Positions 15,121-26,633 of a stretch of 64,000 nucleotides of DNA are shown piece after piece. Both the position numbers and the translations under genes were made by a program. This DNA is from Phaeosaccion multiseriatum. Taxonomy: Eukaryota; Protista; Ochrophyta, other classes. The notes under the pieces were generated by a model. That model was given only the letters and a program-made list of their open reading frames with translations. It was not told where the DNA came from and did not search any database. Within the stretch, counting starts at the first letter, position 1, and each line of letters starts with the position of its first letter. The stretch covers positions 4,526,001 to 4,590,000 of the forward strand of contig OZ218953.1 of assembly GCA_965112735.1 (NCBI GenBank), in the 5' to 3' direction.

Positions 15121-18100
15121 ATGCGCCGCGACCGCCAAAGCGCTTTCCCAATGGTGGATGTGGACGAAGCCATGGCCACAGTGCTGCAGCAGGCCGAGGC
15201 ACTCCCTGCATGCTCTGTCGGCCTCTACGATATCCCACCTGGTCCGTGCTCTCGTCTCAATCAATCAGAGCCTTGGGCTCCCCGTCGACCTCTCTTTCTC
15301 CCCGCCCTCCTTCGTTTCACCCCCTCCCGTAGCGCAACTCCGGTCACACAATCTCATTATTCCCTTGTGTTCCAATCCCATTCTCCTCAGGGTCAATTCT
15401 GGCGGCGGATGCCGTGGCCCCCGATCCATTGCCGCCCTTCCCAGCCTCCACCATGGATGGGTACGCCGTCATTGCGGCTGACGGAGAAGGAGTGCTGGAC
15501 GTCGTAGGCAGAATCGTTGCAGGGTGAGTCGGGTCGGTCAGGAGTTTGAGAAGGGCGACTTGAGTGTAATTTGTGGGCGCGAATCTCGTGGAGAGGCGAA
15601 GACAACACTACAAAGATACGATGCCTAAGATGAATCGTTTCAACCTCTCATCATTCCACTAGAGTGGATCCTTCCACAGTGGAGCTCAAGCCAGGCCAGT
15701 GCGCCTACATCACCACTGGGGCCATGGTGCCGAAAGGGGCTGACGCCGTGGTCAAGGTGGAGGACACAGAGGCCGTGGATGGAGACGCCAAGACCTTCGA
15801 CGCAGACGAGAAGCAGGTGCGCTGGTTCCCATGGACGATTCACCCACACGGTCATCTCTCTATGTGTCTCTCTCCTCTCTCCCCTCTCATCCATCTTTGT
15901 GTAATGGGAGCTTGTCGGCCGTCTCTGTATGACGTGGGCACAGTCGTCAAGGAGACCGAGGGCTAGGGCCGGAGAAGTAGCTTACCCCCCCCATGCCCTT
16001 GGTTTGATGTAGTTAATTCAGCCTGAAGAGACTGCGACCGTTTTTGCTGTTCTCACTCCATCGATGACTCGATGCAGACGGAAGGATCGACGGGAAAGGC
16101 TTCGGTTCACCCCCTTTGCTTTATCATCATAGCACACTTTCCCTTACGTACATAAACTCTGCTCGAATACCGCTTCTTGTATCTGTTCCTCATTCGCTCC
16201 ATCCAAACTTGCCCACTGTTCGCAGGTGCGCATTTTGAAGGGCGTCAAGGCGGGCGCGAGCATCCGACCCGTGGGCCACGACATTCAGCAAGGGGAGGTG
16301 GTGCTGAGAGCAGGGGATACCATCCAGGCCGCAGAGGTACGTCTGGTAATAACGGGTGGAGGAAGGGAGAGGAGAAAGGAGAGTGGGGCGAAGGAAGGAA
16401 GGAAGGAGGAAGGAAAGGAGAAAGGAGCAGAAGGATTGCCCGCACTCGGATACGTAACACATGAAGAGGAGTAGGACTGTCGCTGATAGGACCGTCAATG
16501 GCTCACTCTCGCTTCTGAAGCTCACTCTTCCGAGTCCCCTTCGCTTCACGCCCCTGCAGATTGGACTGCTTGCCACGGTCGGCTTGGGCGAAGTAGACAT
16601 CGTACCGAGTCCGATTGTGGGGATAATGTCCACGGGAGACGAGCTGCAGGAGCCGGGGCAGCAGCAGCAGCAGCAAGAGGGAGGGGCGGGCTTAGCCAAG
16701 GGCTCCATTAGGGACAGTAACAGGTCCACTCTGCTGGCCGCGGTGCAGCAGCTCGGAGGGGTGCCCAAGGATCTGGGCATTATTCGGTAAGAACGCACAC
16801 GGAGAGATACTACCAGTGCTGCTGCTGCTGCTCCTCCTACTGTGCTACTGTTACTACTACTACTGCGGCTTCTGCTACTTCTGCTGCAACTACAACTACT
16901 CGTACTCCTACTCCTACTCCTATTACCCCTAGTAGTAGTAGTAGTAGTAGTAGTGTTACTATTTCTACTGCTGCTGCTGCTTCTGCTACTCCTACCACTG
17001 TGCTTTCTTGCTGACGCTCGTTCCTTTCATGATACCTCCCCTCCGCCCCTTGCTCCGCTCACCATCTCCCCTGTCAGAGACAAGACCAACTCCCTCCGAG
17101 AGGCCCTGATTGCCGCCGTGTCGAGCTGCGACATCGTCATCTCATCTGGAGGGGTGTCCATGGGCGAGGCAGACCTTCTCAAGCCCTTGCTGGAGGAGTT
17201 GGGAACGCTCCACTTCGGGAGAGTTAAGATGAAGCCCGGCAAGCCCACCACCTTCGCCACTGTCCCCGTGCCTGGCGAGCCTGACAGCAAGAAGGGTGGT
17301 AGGAGCTGTCTCGTGTTTGCCCTGCCCGGCAACCCGGTCAGCTGTCTGGTGACCACGCACCTGTTCGTAGAGCTCGCTGTCAAGAGACTGCGCGGCTACA
17401 GTGTGGCTGAGTGCATGCATCAGCAGCTCAACGTCAAAGTCTCTGCCACGCTCCGTCTCGACCCTGAGAGAGCGGAGTACCATCGAGCATGTGCGTTGGT
17501 GGTGTGGTGCGGTGTGGGTGTGGTGTAAATAATATCCCCCTCCTTCTCTCTCTCTAACCGGCTGACCCCCCCCCCCCCCCCCCGTCTCTTCCCTCTCCTA
17601 CGCCCCATACACACGCGTGCACACCCACACATACACAACTGCATATACACGCAACAGTTGTGTCCTGGGACGGCCAATCCTCAAGCTTCTCTGCGGTGTC
17701 CACAGGAAGTCAAATGAGCAGCAGACTTCTCTCCGCCAAGTCGGCCAACGCCCTGCTCTGCCTGCCCGCGAGGAGTGGAGTGGTAGAGAAGGGACAGGAG
17801 GTGACTGCCCTTCTCATTGGAAACTTGCCAGCCCCACAGCCGGGCACATGCTACCACAAAAAGGTGCGTGGGTGACTGGGTGATTGGGTTGTTAAATGTT
17901 GGTTGGTTGGGTTGACTACGTGTCGTGCGTGTCGTGTGTGTCCGCTCTGAACAATCTCCTCCGTAAAGCTTCCTGGGAGTGCCGCACGCGTGCCAACTGT
18001 ACCCACCCACGCACACACACACACACATACACGCTCTGATGGTGATGGGTGGCGTGAGAGGACGTTGGTTTCGTTGCCAGGCAGGCATGCATCCGTTCAT

Positions 18101-19598
18101 TGCCACGCCATTGCCCTGACAAGGCATCCATCCATTCATTGCCATCTCCCTCACCCACCCACTTTCTGTGTATATGGTGTGTGGTGTATGTGTGCGTGTG
18201 TGTGTGTGTGCGTGTGTGTGGAAATCCCCCCCCCGAATCATTGCCCCCGCTCGCTTCAGGCTGCTGCAGTGGGAACCAGTGCTGCTGCTGGGCAATCGTA
18301 CATATCTTTTCCATCGACGGTGCGTTACAACTCTACTCACTTGAGGCTGAGCAGAAGAGAGCCGAGAACGTTCGGACGGAGGGAGATAGAGATGGACAGG
18401 GAGGGAGAGCGAGGGAGGAGTGTAGGGGGGGTCGGGTAGAGGAGGGGGACGTCTGTTCTGCCGCTCGCTCACGTCCACAGCTGAATACGAATGGACATGA
18501 AGGTGACAACTTCCCTTTTGTTGTTTTTTGTTGTTGTTCCGCTTCGTCATGTGATGTTGATGTTGCAGGGGGAGGCGGGGGGGGGCGAATCACCAAGCGA
18601 AGGAAGGGGAGGCAAAGCATGCAAAGCAAGGCACTCCCACGACCATTCGCATGACCCCCACGCTCACGGCAACAGTGGAGGAGGAGGGGGGGGAGGAAAG
18701 AAGACGATGGTACGGGTATGTCTACTCACCATCAGCGACCGGGCCTCCAGAGGAGAGTATGAAGACCTCAGCGGGCCTTGCATGCGAGACCTTCTCGCGG
18801 CTGGAGACCTGCCCTTCCAGGCGGTAGTTGTGGGGGAGAGCGTGGTGCCTGACGAGCGGGATCAGATCGACGCCATCGTCCGGCATTGGTGAGTCAATCA
18901 GTCAGATAATCCGTCCTTCAATCAAGTCAGTAAGTGAGTGGGTCTGTCTGTCTGTCAGTCAGTCAGTCAGTCAGTCAGTGAGCAGTCAGTCATTCAGCCA
19001 GCCAATCAGTCAGGCAGGCAGGCCGTCAGCCAGTCAGTCAGTCAGTCAGCATGTTCGCACGCATCACTCACTCACGCACTCACGCACGCACTCACTCTCA
19101 GCGAAATATTGTAGGCAGATACATAGGGCAAAGTGAGTGAGTCGTTCTACCACTAGTGAGGCAATCCGAAGAGCCCACCCCTTAACTCTTGCTGCTTCAC
19201 ACTCTTGCTGCTTCACCCTAAACCAACTTGGCGTATCCCTCCCTTCCTGACTTGTGTGTTTGCACGACTTTGCCAACTCATGTCGCAGGGCGGATGGGAA
19301 GAGGTGCGATCTCATCCTGACCTCCGGTGGCACGGGCTTCAGCCCTCGGGATGTGACGCCCGAAGCCATCAAACCGCTGCTGCACCGCGAGGCTCCGGGC
19401 CTTGTGCTGGCCCTCTATAACGGAGGCCTCAAACACACCCCCATGGCAGTGCTGTCCCGCCCCGTTGCCGGCACTCGCTTCGACTCTCTCATTGTGACGC
19501 TTCCAGGCAGCGTCAAGGCCATCAAGGAGAATCTTGCAAGCATCGTGCCTCTGCTGCCGCGCATCATCCGCCTCATTAGAGGGGATGCCTGTAGCTAA
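15121..19598 (+). CDS. CNX1: Molybdenum cofactor biosynthesis protein CNX1/gephyrin-like: MoeA (E) domain + His-rich linker + MogA (G) domain
   Basis: Ten in-frame exons give PLPPFPASTMDGYAV, ITTGAMVPKGADAVVKVED, IMSTGDEL, IRDSN, SGGVSMGEAD, KMKPGKP, FALPGNPVS (MoeA); then HSHDHSHDPHAH; then LLTISDRASRG.YEDLSGP, VVPDE, LILTSGGTGFSPRDVTPEA, SRPVAG, TLPGS.KA (MogA). Confidence 0.95.
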
Positions 19599-19920
19599 GT
19601 GGGGAGGGGGGATCGTTCGTTCGACCGTCGTCAGAGCATCAGAGGAGATGCCTGTCGTGAAGGGAGGGCATCAGCGCCCCCTAGGTACCCCTCCCCGAGT
19701 GGACCAGTCAGCCTTGGTTCCTTCTCTAATGGCATTCGATTATCTTATATATATTAATGGCAGATTAACCGCCGGAGCCTTCCATGCTCTCCTTGTGCTG
19801 TATGATCAAACTTGAGTAACGTGGGCCTACGGAGCCCTTAAAGGAAGGGTCCGGACTCATCGGCAGCTCTTAGAACGTTGTAATGAATCAATGGATCAAT
19901 GAATCAAGGCCCTCTCTCTC

Positions 19921-21264
19921 CTACGTTACGGGCGTGATGTCCGCCTTTCTGTAACGGTTGATGGCGGCGGCCACTTCGAAGCGCCGAGGACGTGCGTAGT
20001 TGGCGATGAAGGCGCCGGGCAGCAGCACGTCAAGCCCCTGAAATGGATTGAAGAGAGGAGGGAGGGGAGGGACGGATGGAGAGAGGGGAGGGAGGGAGGG
20101 AGGGAGGGAGGGATGGCGTTAACTGATCCACAGTTCCATCGAAGAGAAGCATACGACAACGCGCAGAACATCAATATCTCCATCCCTCCTGCCCTCCCCT
20201 CCCTTAGCCCCCCACCCTCACGCACCTTGGTGTCAAACTCCCTATCCAAGAAGTCCAAGAGCTGTCCCATCGTAAGCCCCTTGACCATGGCCTGACTGCC
20301 ATGGCTGGCGAGGAAACGCATGGCGTCTCCAATGGCCCTCGTCTGAGACACTTCGACGAGCTGCTCCACAGCAGACAGGTCAATGTCTTCGTCGCCATAC
20401 TGAGAGGTTGCGAGTTGGAGGGGGGGGGGGGACAAGGATGGGGGTTTCGGTTCTCAGTTCTACGGTGGCCTTAATCAAAAATCGAGCTCAAAAATGGGTC
20501 AATCAAATCGAAGCGTCTGTACTTACTCGGATGGGGTCTGCCAATCACACAAATTCTTGCGACCGGCTGGTGATTGCACGACAAGAGTCTTCACACAAAC
20601 TCAAACTGCAACTCAACTCAACCTCAAACTACGAGACCATCCGAACTCTGAAGATGAGGTCCTCCTCTCATCGTATCTACCTTCTTACCTGAATCTTCTC
20701 CTTTCCTCTGGCCACCACCTTGCCACTCACGCCGAAGCTCGCTGCCTTGGGCACACGGTCAGAGCACACACCGAAGGTCGGGTAAGTGATGATGTTGCCC
20801 CCGCCTCCGTCTGCGGCGATGTCCTTCGCCTGCGCACTCACGTCCTATCGTACGTTGTCATTACGGCACAACAGGGTGGAGGGGTAAGGGTACTTACGTA
20901 AGGGTAAGGGTAAGGGGAAGGGTAGCAGTAAGGGTGAATGAATGGCACAGGAACGGGGATGGCAGTGGATGGGGTAGGGTAGGAATAGGGGGAGGGAGGG
21001 AAGGATCGGGGCGCCAACTCAACACAAGTGAGTCACAACTAAGTCCCAACTGAGTCTGAGCTAAGTCAACAACTGAGTCCCAACTGAGTGACTGACCTTC
21101 GTGTGGTAGCAGTCAAGCATGACGACGTTATCTGCCACGGTGAAGTAGTCGCCAGAGCCGCCGATCACCAACACGGACGACACGCCTTTGCCCGTGAACA
21201 GTGCACGGACCTGTGGACAGGCCAGCCAGGCAGGCAGGCAGGCAGGCAGGCAGGGAGGCAGGCA

Positions 21265-21299
<35 letters not shown>

Positions 21300-24200
21300 A
21301 GGTAGGCAGGCAGGCAGAGCAGATAGGCGGGTAGGTAGTCAGGTAGGCAGGGAGGTATGTAGGCAGGTAAGTACTTGGTACGTAGGAAGGAGGAAGGAGG
21401 TAAGGAAGTAAGTAAGTAAGAAAAAACTATGTGACGTACCTTGGAGATGAAAGGGGTGATAGGCTCCTTCTCCTTGGCCACGAGGCGCTGCATCCTCGCG
21501 TCGCGGATCATGAAGTTCGTGGCGCACGTGTCTTCGTCCACCAGCAGCACCTTGGGGGTGAGGAGGGGGTGGAGGACGAGAGGAGGAGGAGGAGGAGGAG
21601 GAGGAGGAGGTGGAGGAGGAGGAGGAGGAGGAGGAGGAGGAGGAGGAGGAGGAGGAGGAGGAGGAGGAGGAGGAGGAGGAGGAGGGGGGGGGGAGGACAG
21701 GGGGGAGAGGGGGCGAGAGGGGAGGAGGAGGCGAGGGAGGAGGGGTCAAACAACGCGGGCCCGATCGTGTCTTGCCTCGGCTCCTCTATGTACCTACTGG
21801 TCACTCGGTCACTTGAGGCTCGCCCCTTTCTCTCTGGCCCCATCTACTCTTTCCTCGGTCTTACTCGGTATCTGCGGGCCCGCTCGCTTGGTTGCTTACC
21901 TTGGCTCCTGCTTCGAGCGACTCGATGATGTTAGCTGCCTGGCTTGTGCTGCCCGAGCCATCTGGGGTGGAGAAATTCTGAAGAAGCGTTGTTTCGAGGG
22001 GTTCGGGGAGGGGGGTGGGGTGGGGGAGACAAGAAGCAGCAGCAGCAGTTGGTGATACAGGAGCAGTAGAGAGAGGTGCAGGAGGACTCACAAACACAAC
22101 CACCAACCACAACAAAGAGAATAAAGACACAACCTAATCCAACCCAAGCCACCCCACCCCCCCCAACCCAACCCAACCCCACCCCACTCCATCCCACCTA
22201 CCTGTGTGGATTTTCCGAAGGGCAGATTGTCGATAAAGGGTGATATATTGACCCCTGTAACCGCCCGTCCGTCCTCCGCGCGAACCTTGGCGCTCTCCTC
22301 CACCATGGCCACAAACTCCCTACCGTCCCCCGGGATGTGGTTATACACGCCCACCTCCAAGGCTTGGAGCAGGGTGCTCTTGCCGTGGAAGCCCCCCCCT
22401 ACGATGAGGGTGACTCCGGGGCGCACGCCCATGCCTGTTACTTTGCCCCGGTTGGGGAGCTCGAAGGCCACCTGTGTGTGTATGGTGTGTGTTTTGTGTT
22501 TGTACGTATACGTGTATGTGTGTACGTGTGTGATAAGGAGATGACAAGACGCTCTACAGTTACTTATGACACCCTTTCGACGCTCGCTGACTTGACCATC
22601 CACCCAGCACATGCACACGACCCCAATTCCTGCACCCCAATTCCTGCTAACCTCCAGGGATGGGGGTGATTGGAACGCGATGGCCTCGTCGGCTGCCATC
22701 GGCGCGTCATTGTTGCCACTCAGGCGGGGCAGAATACTGGGGGCAAGAGAAGGGGAGATGGAGGGGAGTGGAGGGGACCGGAGGGGAGGGGAGGGGAGGG
22801 GAGGTGAGGGCGGGGAAAGGGAACCGGACAAGATACAAAAAGAAGAAAAGATGACACTACAGTGGCATAGATTGGTCGATCGATACTACGTAAGGGTACG
22901 TAAGGCAATACATAATCGTAAATGCCATCAGATGGATAGAAAGATCATATGGGTACGAGATCAACACTCTCTCCCTCCCCCCTCCTCACGACGCACACAC
23001 AAACTAAGTAATATACTGGAATTTGATTCCCATTCGTCAATTTATCCTCCACCCTCCCCTCCTCACTCACCTGTTGTTGGCCACAAAGCCAATAAGACCC
23101 GCGGCAGGGAGCGCCTCTCTGAGGAAGTGTTGGTCCTCCACGCACTCCAAATGGCGCTGCACGTGAGGGGCCTGCAGGCTCCGGAACAGCAGCGCTTGCC
23201 TCACGAGCTGAGGAAGGTTCTTGGTGAGGATCTCGAGGGCCCATTGTCCGGTGATGTTGCGACCTCGGGCGGGTAGGGCCACAGTGAAGCGTGCCTTGTG
23301 TCATTCAGTCGGTTGGGGGATTGATTGGTTGGGTTAGGTTGGGTTAGGTTGGTTCAGTTGGTTTGGGTTGGGTTGGTTCAGGAGGTGGTGTTTGCATGTG
23401 TGTGTAGGTAGGCGCCTGTGTCGTGTTGTAGATGCGTGCGGGTGGGTCCGTTGAAGTGTAAGCTAAGGTACTGAGTCAAATTGAGCGCTGTACGTGAGTT
23501 GGGCAGTGCGAGTGGGCATCGGGTATCCATCCTCCCCGCCTTCCCGTGCCTCTAGTCCCTCACCTCGATACTCCCGTCGACGTGCACATGCACACTACTC
23601 CTCTCCAGCACGTGCTGCCCAGGCTTGTCGATGGTGATCTCTCCCCCCTGAGACAGGAGCAAGACCCACGCATCACGCCGAGGGAGGGAGGGAGGGAGAT
23701 AGTGAGTGAGTGAATGAGTGAATGAGTAAGTGGGTGAGCCAGAGAGTCAGTGAGTGGTTGACTCAGTGAGTGTGTGAGGGAACAGGTTGGTCAATGAGTG
23801 GGTGAGTGAGAGAGTCAGTGAGTGAGTGAGCGATTCGACAGAGTGACTAATTGAGTGAATAACTGAGTAAGTAAAGTAAGTTTGTGAGCCAGGAAGTGAG
23901 TGGGTGCGTGCGTGGGTGAGTGAGTGGGTGAGTGCGTGGGGGGGTCTAGGGAGGGGCGTGCTCCGCCCGACCTTAATTCCTTCCTTCCTTCCTTCCTTAC
24001 CTTCGCGCCGTGCCAACCCCCTCCCTCAAACCTCTGGTCGGCGCCTGCCTTACTCGCTGCATCCCAAAAGTTCCGGGTGAGGTAGTCACAGAGAGCAATC
24101 CCACGAATCTGTCACGCAAACGATCGATCGTAATCAACCGATCGAAATGTAGGCAGGCACGTAGGTAGGTAGGTAGGTAGATTGACAGGCAGGCAGGTAG

Positions 24201-25271
24201 GTAGGTAGGTAGGTAGGTAGGTAGATAGGTATGTGGGTAGGTGGGTAGGAAAATTGGTAGGAAGAAGGGGGAAGGGATGTAGGTGGGTAGGTAGGCAGGC
24301 AGATAGGTAGGTCGACGTGAATGGATGGCAATGAATGGCATGTAGATAGAGCGGATGGAGGGGGACATACATGGGAGGGGAGGGGAGGACAGTCACTGAA
24401 TGGAGCCAGAGCATCATGCTTCGAGCGTGCTTCACTCATTCTACAGCAAAAGGGGCGAACAAGGAAGCTTGTCCGGAGAAGTGAGCGTGTGTGCGTGCAT
24501 GTGCGTGTTTATGTAAAAGCGATGTCGCACGCGCAAAGAAAAGAAGGAAAGCCGGCAGTCACGTAAGGATGATGATTCTTGGCAATCGATGGATCATTCC
24601 CTCCAACCCCTTCCCCCCCCCCCCCCTGCCCTCCCCTCCCCGTCCTTCTCACCTTGGAGGCAAACAACTCCTTCGGAAAGCCCGCGACCTGCCCAGGCAC
24701 AAGCACGTGCATCCTCGAGGGTGCGGCAAAAGGGTCCGCCTGCACCTTGTCGACCGCCAGGAGGAACTGAAGAGAGAGAGGGAGAGAAGAGAGATTGAGA
24801 CGATATGAATGACCATCCATCCTCGCTACCTCTGTCACAGCGGATTTACCAATTCCCCACCCACATCTCCTCCACCGCTGACTCGCTTACCGAAGGGAGG
24901 CCGGCGCCGCCAAACTCAAAGGTCCCTTCAAGGTCTCGGTAGGCCGCGTAGGCCTTTCCGTCGATCCTCCGCAGAGTATCGCACATGTCCTGAGCTGAGC
25001 CTCTCCGCGCTTGGCAGTAAGACTGCATGGCCCCTCCCCCCCCACCGCTGCCTCCTCCTCCTCTTCCCCCTCCTCCTTCTCCCCCCCCTCCCCGGCCCCC
25101 GCCGTATTTGTTCTTGTAATACTCGCCCCTCCCTCCTCCTCCCCCACCCCCTCCTCCTCCGCCTCCTCCGTCGGACCCTCCTCCCCCTCCCCGCCCCCCG
25201 CCATACTTGTTTTTGTAATACTCACCCCTTCCCCCTCCTCCCCCTCCTCCTCTCCCGCGTCCTCCGTACAT
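19921..25271 (-). CDS. ABC-class ATPase (COG3044 / ABC_ATPase family, MRB1590-like) with N-terminal RGG/Gly-rich region; multi-exon
   Basis: LRRIDGKAYAAYRDLEG, VDKVQADPFAAPSR, ILPRLSG, ELPNRGKVTGMGVRPGVTLIVGGGFHGKSTLL (Walker A), GVYNHIPGDGRE, DGSGSTSQAANIIE, LLVDEDTCATNFMIRD (Walker B), KEPITPF, IDLSAVEQLVE.SQTRAI, ARPRRFEVAAAINR. Stop TAG at 19923-19921. Confidence 0.93.
21581..21685. repeat. (GGA)n microsatellite, intronic
   Basis: About 100 bp GGA array forming the pyrimidine tract of a minus-strand intron in the ABC ATPase gene. Confidence 0.9.
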
Positions 25272-25726
25272 CCTCGCCCTCCCCGCTTCTCTAGCTCCTC
25301 CGCCTTCTTCGGTGAATACTGCTGCGGCTCTGTCTCGCAGACTGCTCAACAGATATCCTCTCCTTTGGGGCCCACGCGTAAATATGGATAAAAACCCGTT
25401 GCCTGTATGGAGGAGTGTTCACAAAAGCAGGCGTGGGGGCAATAGGAAAAGATGGTGAGGGAGCAAAAGCGGGCCAGACAAAAAATGGCTCCCCATCTGC
25501 AATTATTGCACTATGGTGGTCCCATCAACATCTTGCGTCTCTCGTCGACCAACCTGTGGCTAGTAGCGCTAGTGTGAGGGTGGCTCGACGATAGGGGATA
25601 AAGGACGGCAACGGCATAGAGAGAGGGAAATGTTGGGGCCGAATAAGTTAATAAATGTGATTTTAATAAAAAAAAAAAACAAAAAAAAAACATCAGAAAA
25701 ACATGCGTTTTTTTGTATTTTTTTTA

Positions 25727-26122
25727 CTGTGATTTCGCGGTTGAGTGGCACTTTTGACGCCCAATTACGCCCCATTAATTTTTTTTTACGCCAAATGACG
25801 ATTTTTTTGACGGCGTTTGACGACGTTTGACTACGCTTTAGCCCCCTATTTTGACGCCCTTTGACGCCTTTTGACGCTCTTTGACGCCCTTTGACGCCCT
25901 TTTCCGTGATTTTTTTTACGTGATTTTTTTCAGACCGAATTAAGGCGAATTAAGATAAAAGGGCGTCAAAGTGCGTCAAAGTGCGTCAAAGGGCGTCAAA
26001 TAGGGGGCTGAAGCGTCGTCAAACGTCGTCAAACGTCGTCAAAAAAATCGTCATTTGGCGTAAAAAAAAATTAATGGGGCGTAATTGGGCGTCAAAAGTG
26101 CCACTCAACCGCGAAATCACAG
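25727..26122. mobile_element. Foldback-type MITE, 396 bp, TA target duplication (Tc1/mariner-pogo-like)
   Basis: TA|CTGTGATTTCGCGGTTGAGTGGCAC...GTGCCACTCAACCGCGAAATCACAG|TA. TIRs identical for 86 bp (25727-25812) and imperfect for roughly 170 bp, with internal 10-bp TTTGACGCCC-type tandem units. Confidence 0.9.
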
Positions 26123-26633
26123 TACATGGCATTTTTTTCAGACCTTTTCAATCATTGACTGACTCACTGACTGCACTCCATCCACCCCTCACTCCGCACA
26201 TTCACATTCACAAACTGTACTCTCTCACTGCACTCACTCAGAGCCTCACGCGCGCAGATACGCTCCGTCTCCTCGTCGGAGCTTGCTTGAGCTCGAGTCA
26301 GAGCTCGAGGAAGAGGTGGTGGCGGTCGCCTTGCCCTTGCCCTTAGGCGCACCCGGGGACTTGCTGTCGTTTTTTTTGCGGTTTTTTGCGACGGCGGCCG
26401 GCGGTCGATAGCGCGTTATCAACCATTGAGACTCTACTACTCCAGCAGGGAGGGAGGGAAAACGGCAGCATATGGTAGAAGCTCCTTTGTTGCTGCCGGT
26501 ATGGCTGCTGCTGCTGGTGTCAGGTAGTGTGTTGCCCATTTTTTAATTTAGCCTCTCCCTCCCCACAAAACCTCTGTTCACTCTGTACAATGTAGTTCCA
26601 CCCCCCCAAAAAAAACAAAAAAAACTCAATCCA

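Noticed and set aside
13253-25271. SBP-fold gene near an ABC ATPase read as an ABC importer cluster
   Set aside because: No permease is present, the ATPase belongs to a soluble family not known to drive transport, and it is convergent on the opposite strand. The adjacency is probably coincidental.
25805-26045. Short TTTGACG repeats as a CRISPR-like array
   Set aside because: 10-bp tandem units with no unique spacers, arranged as inverted arms of a MITE; no cas genes; eukaryotic context.
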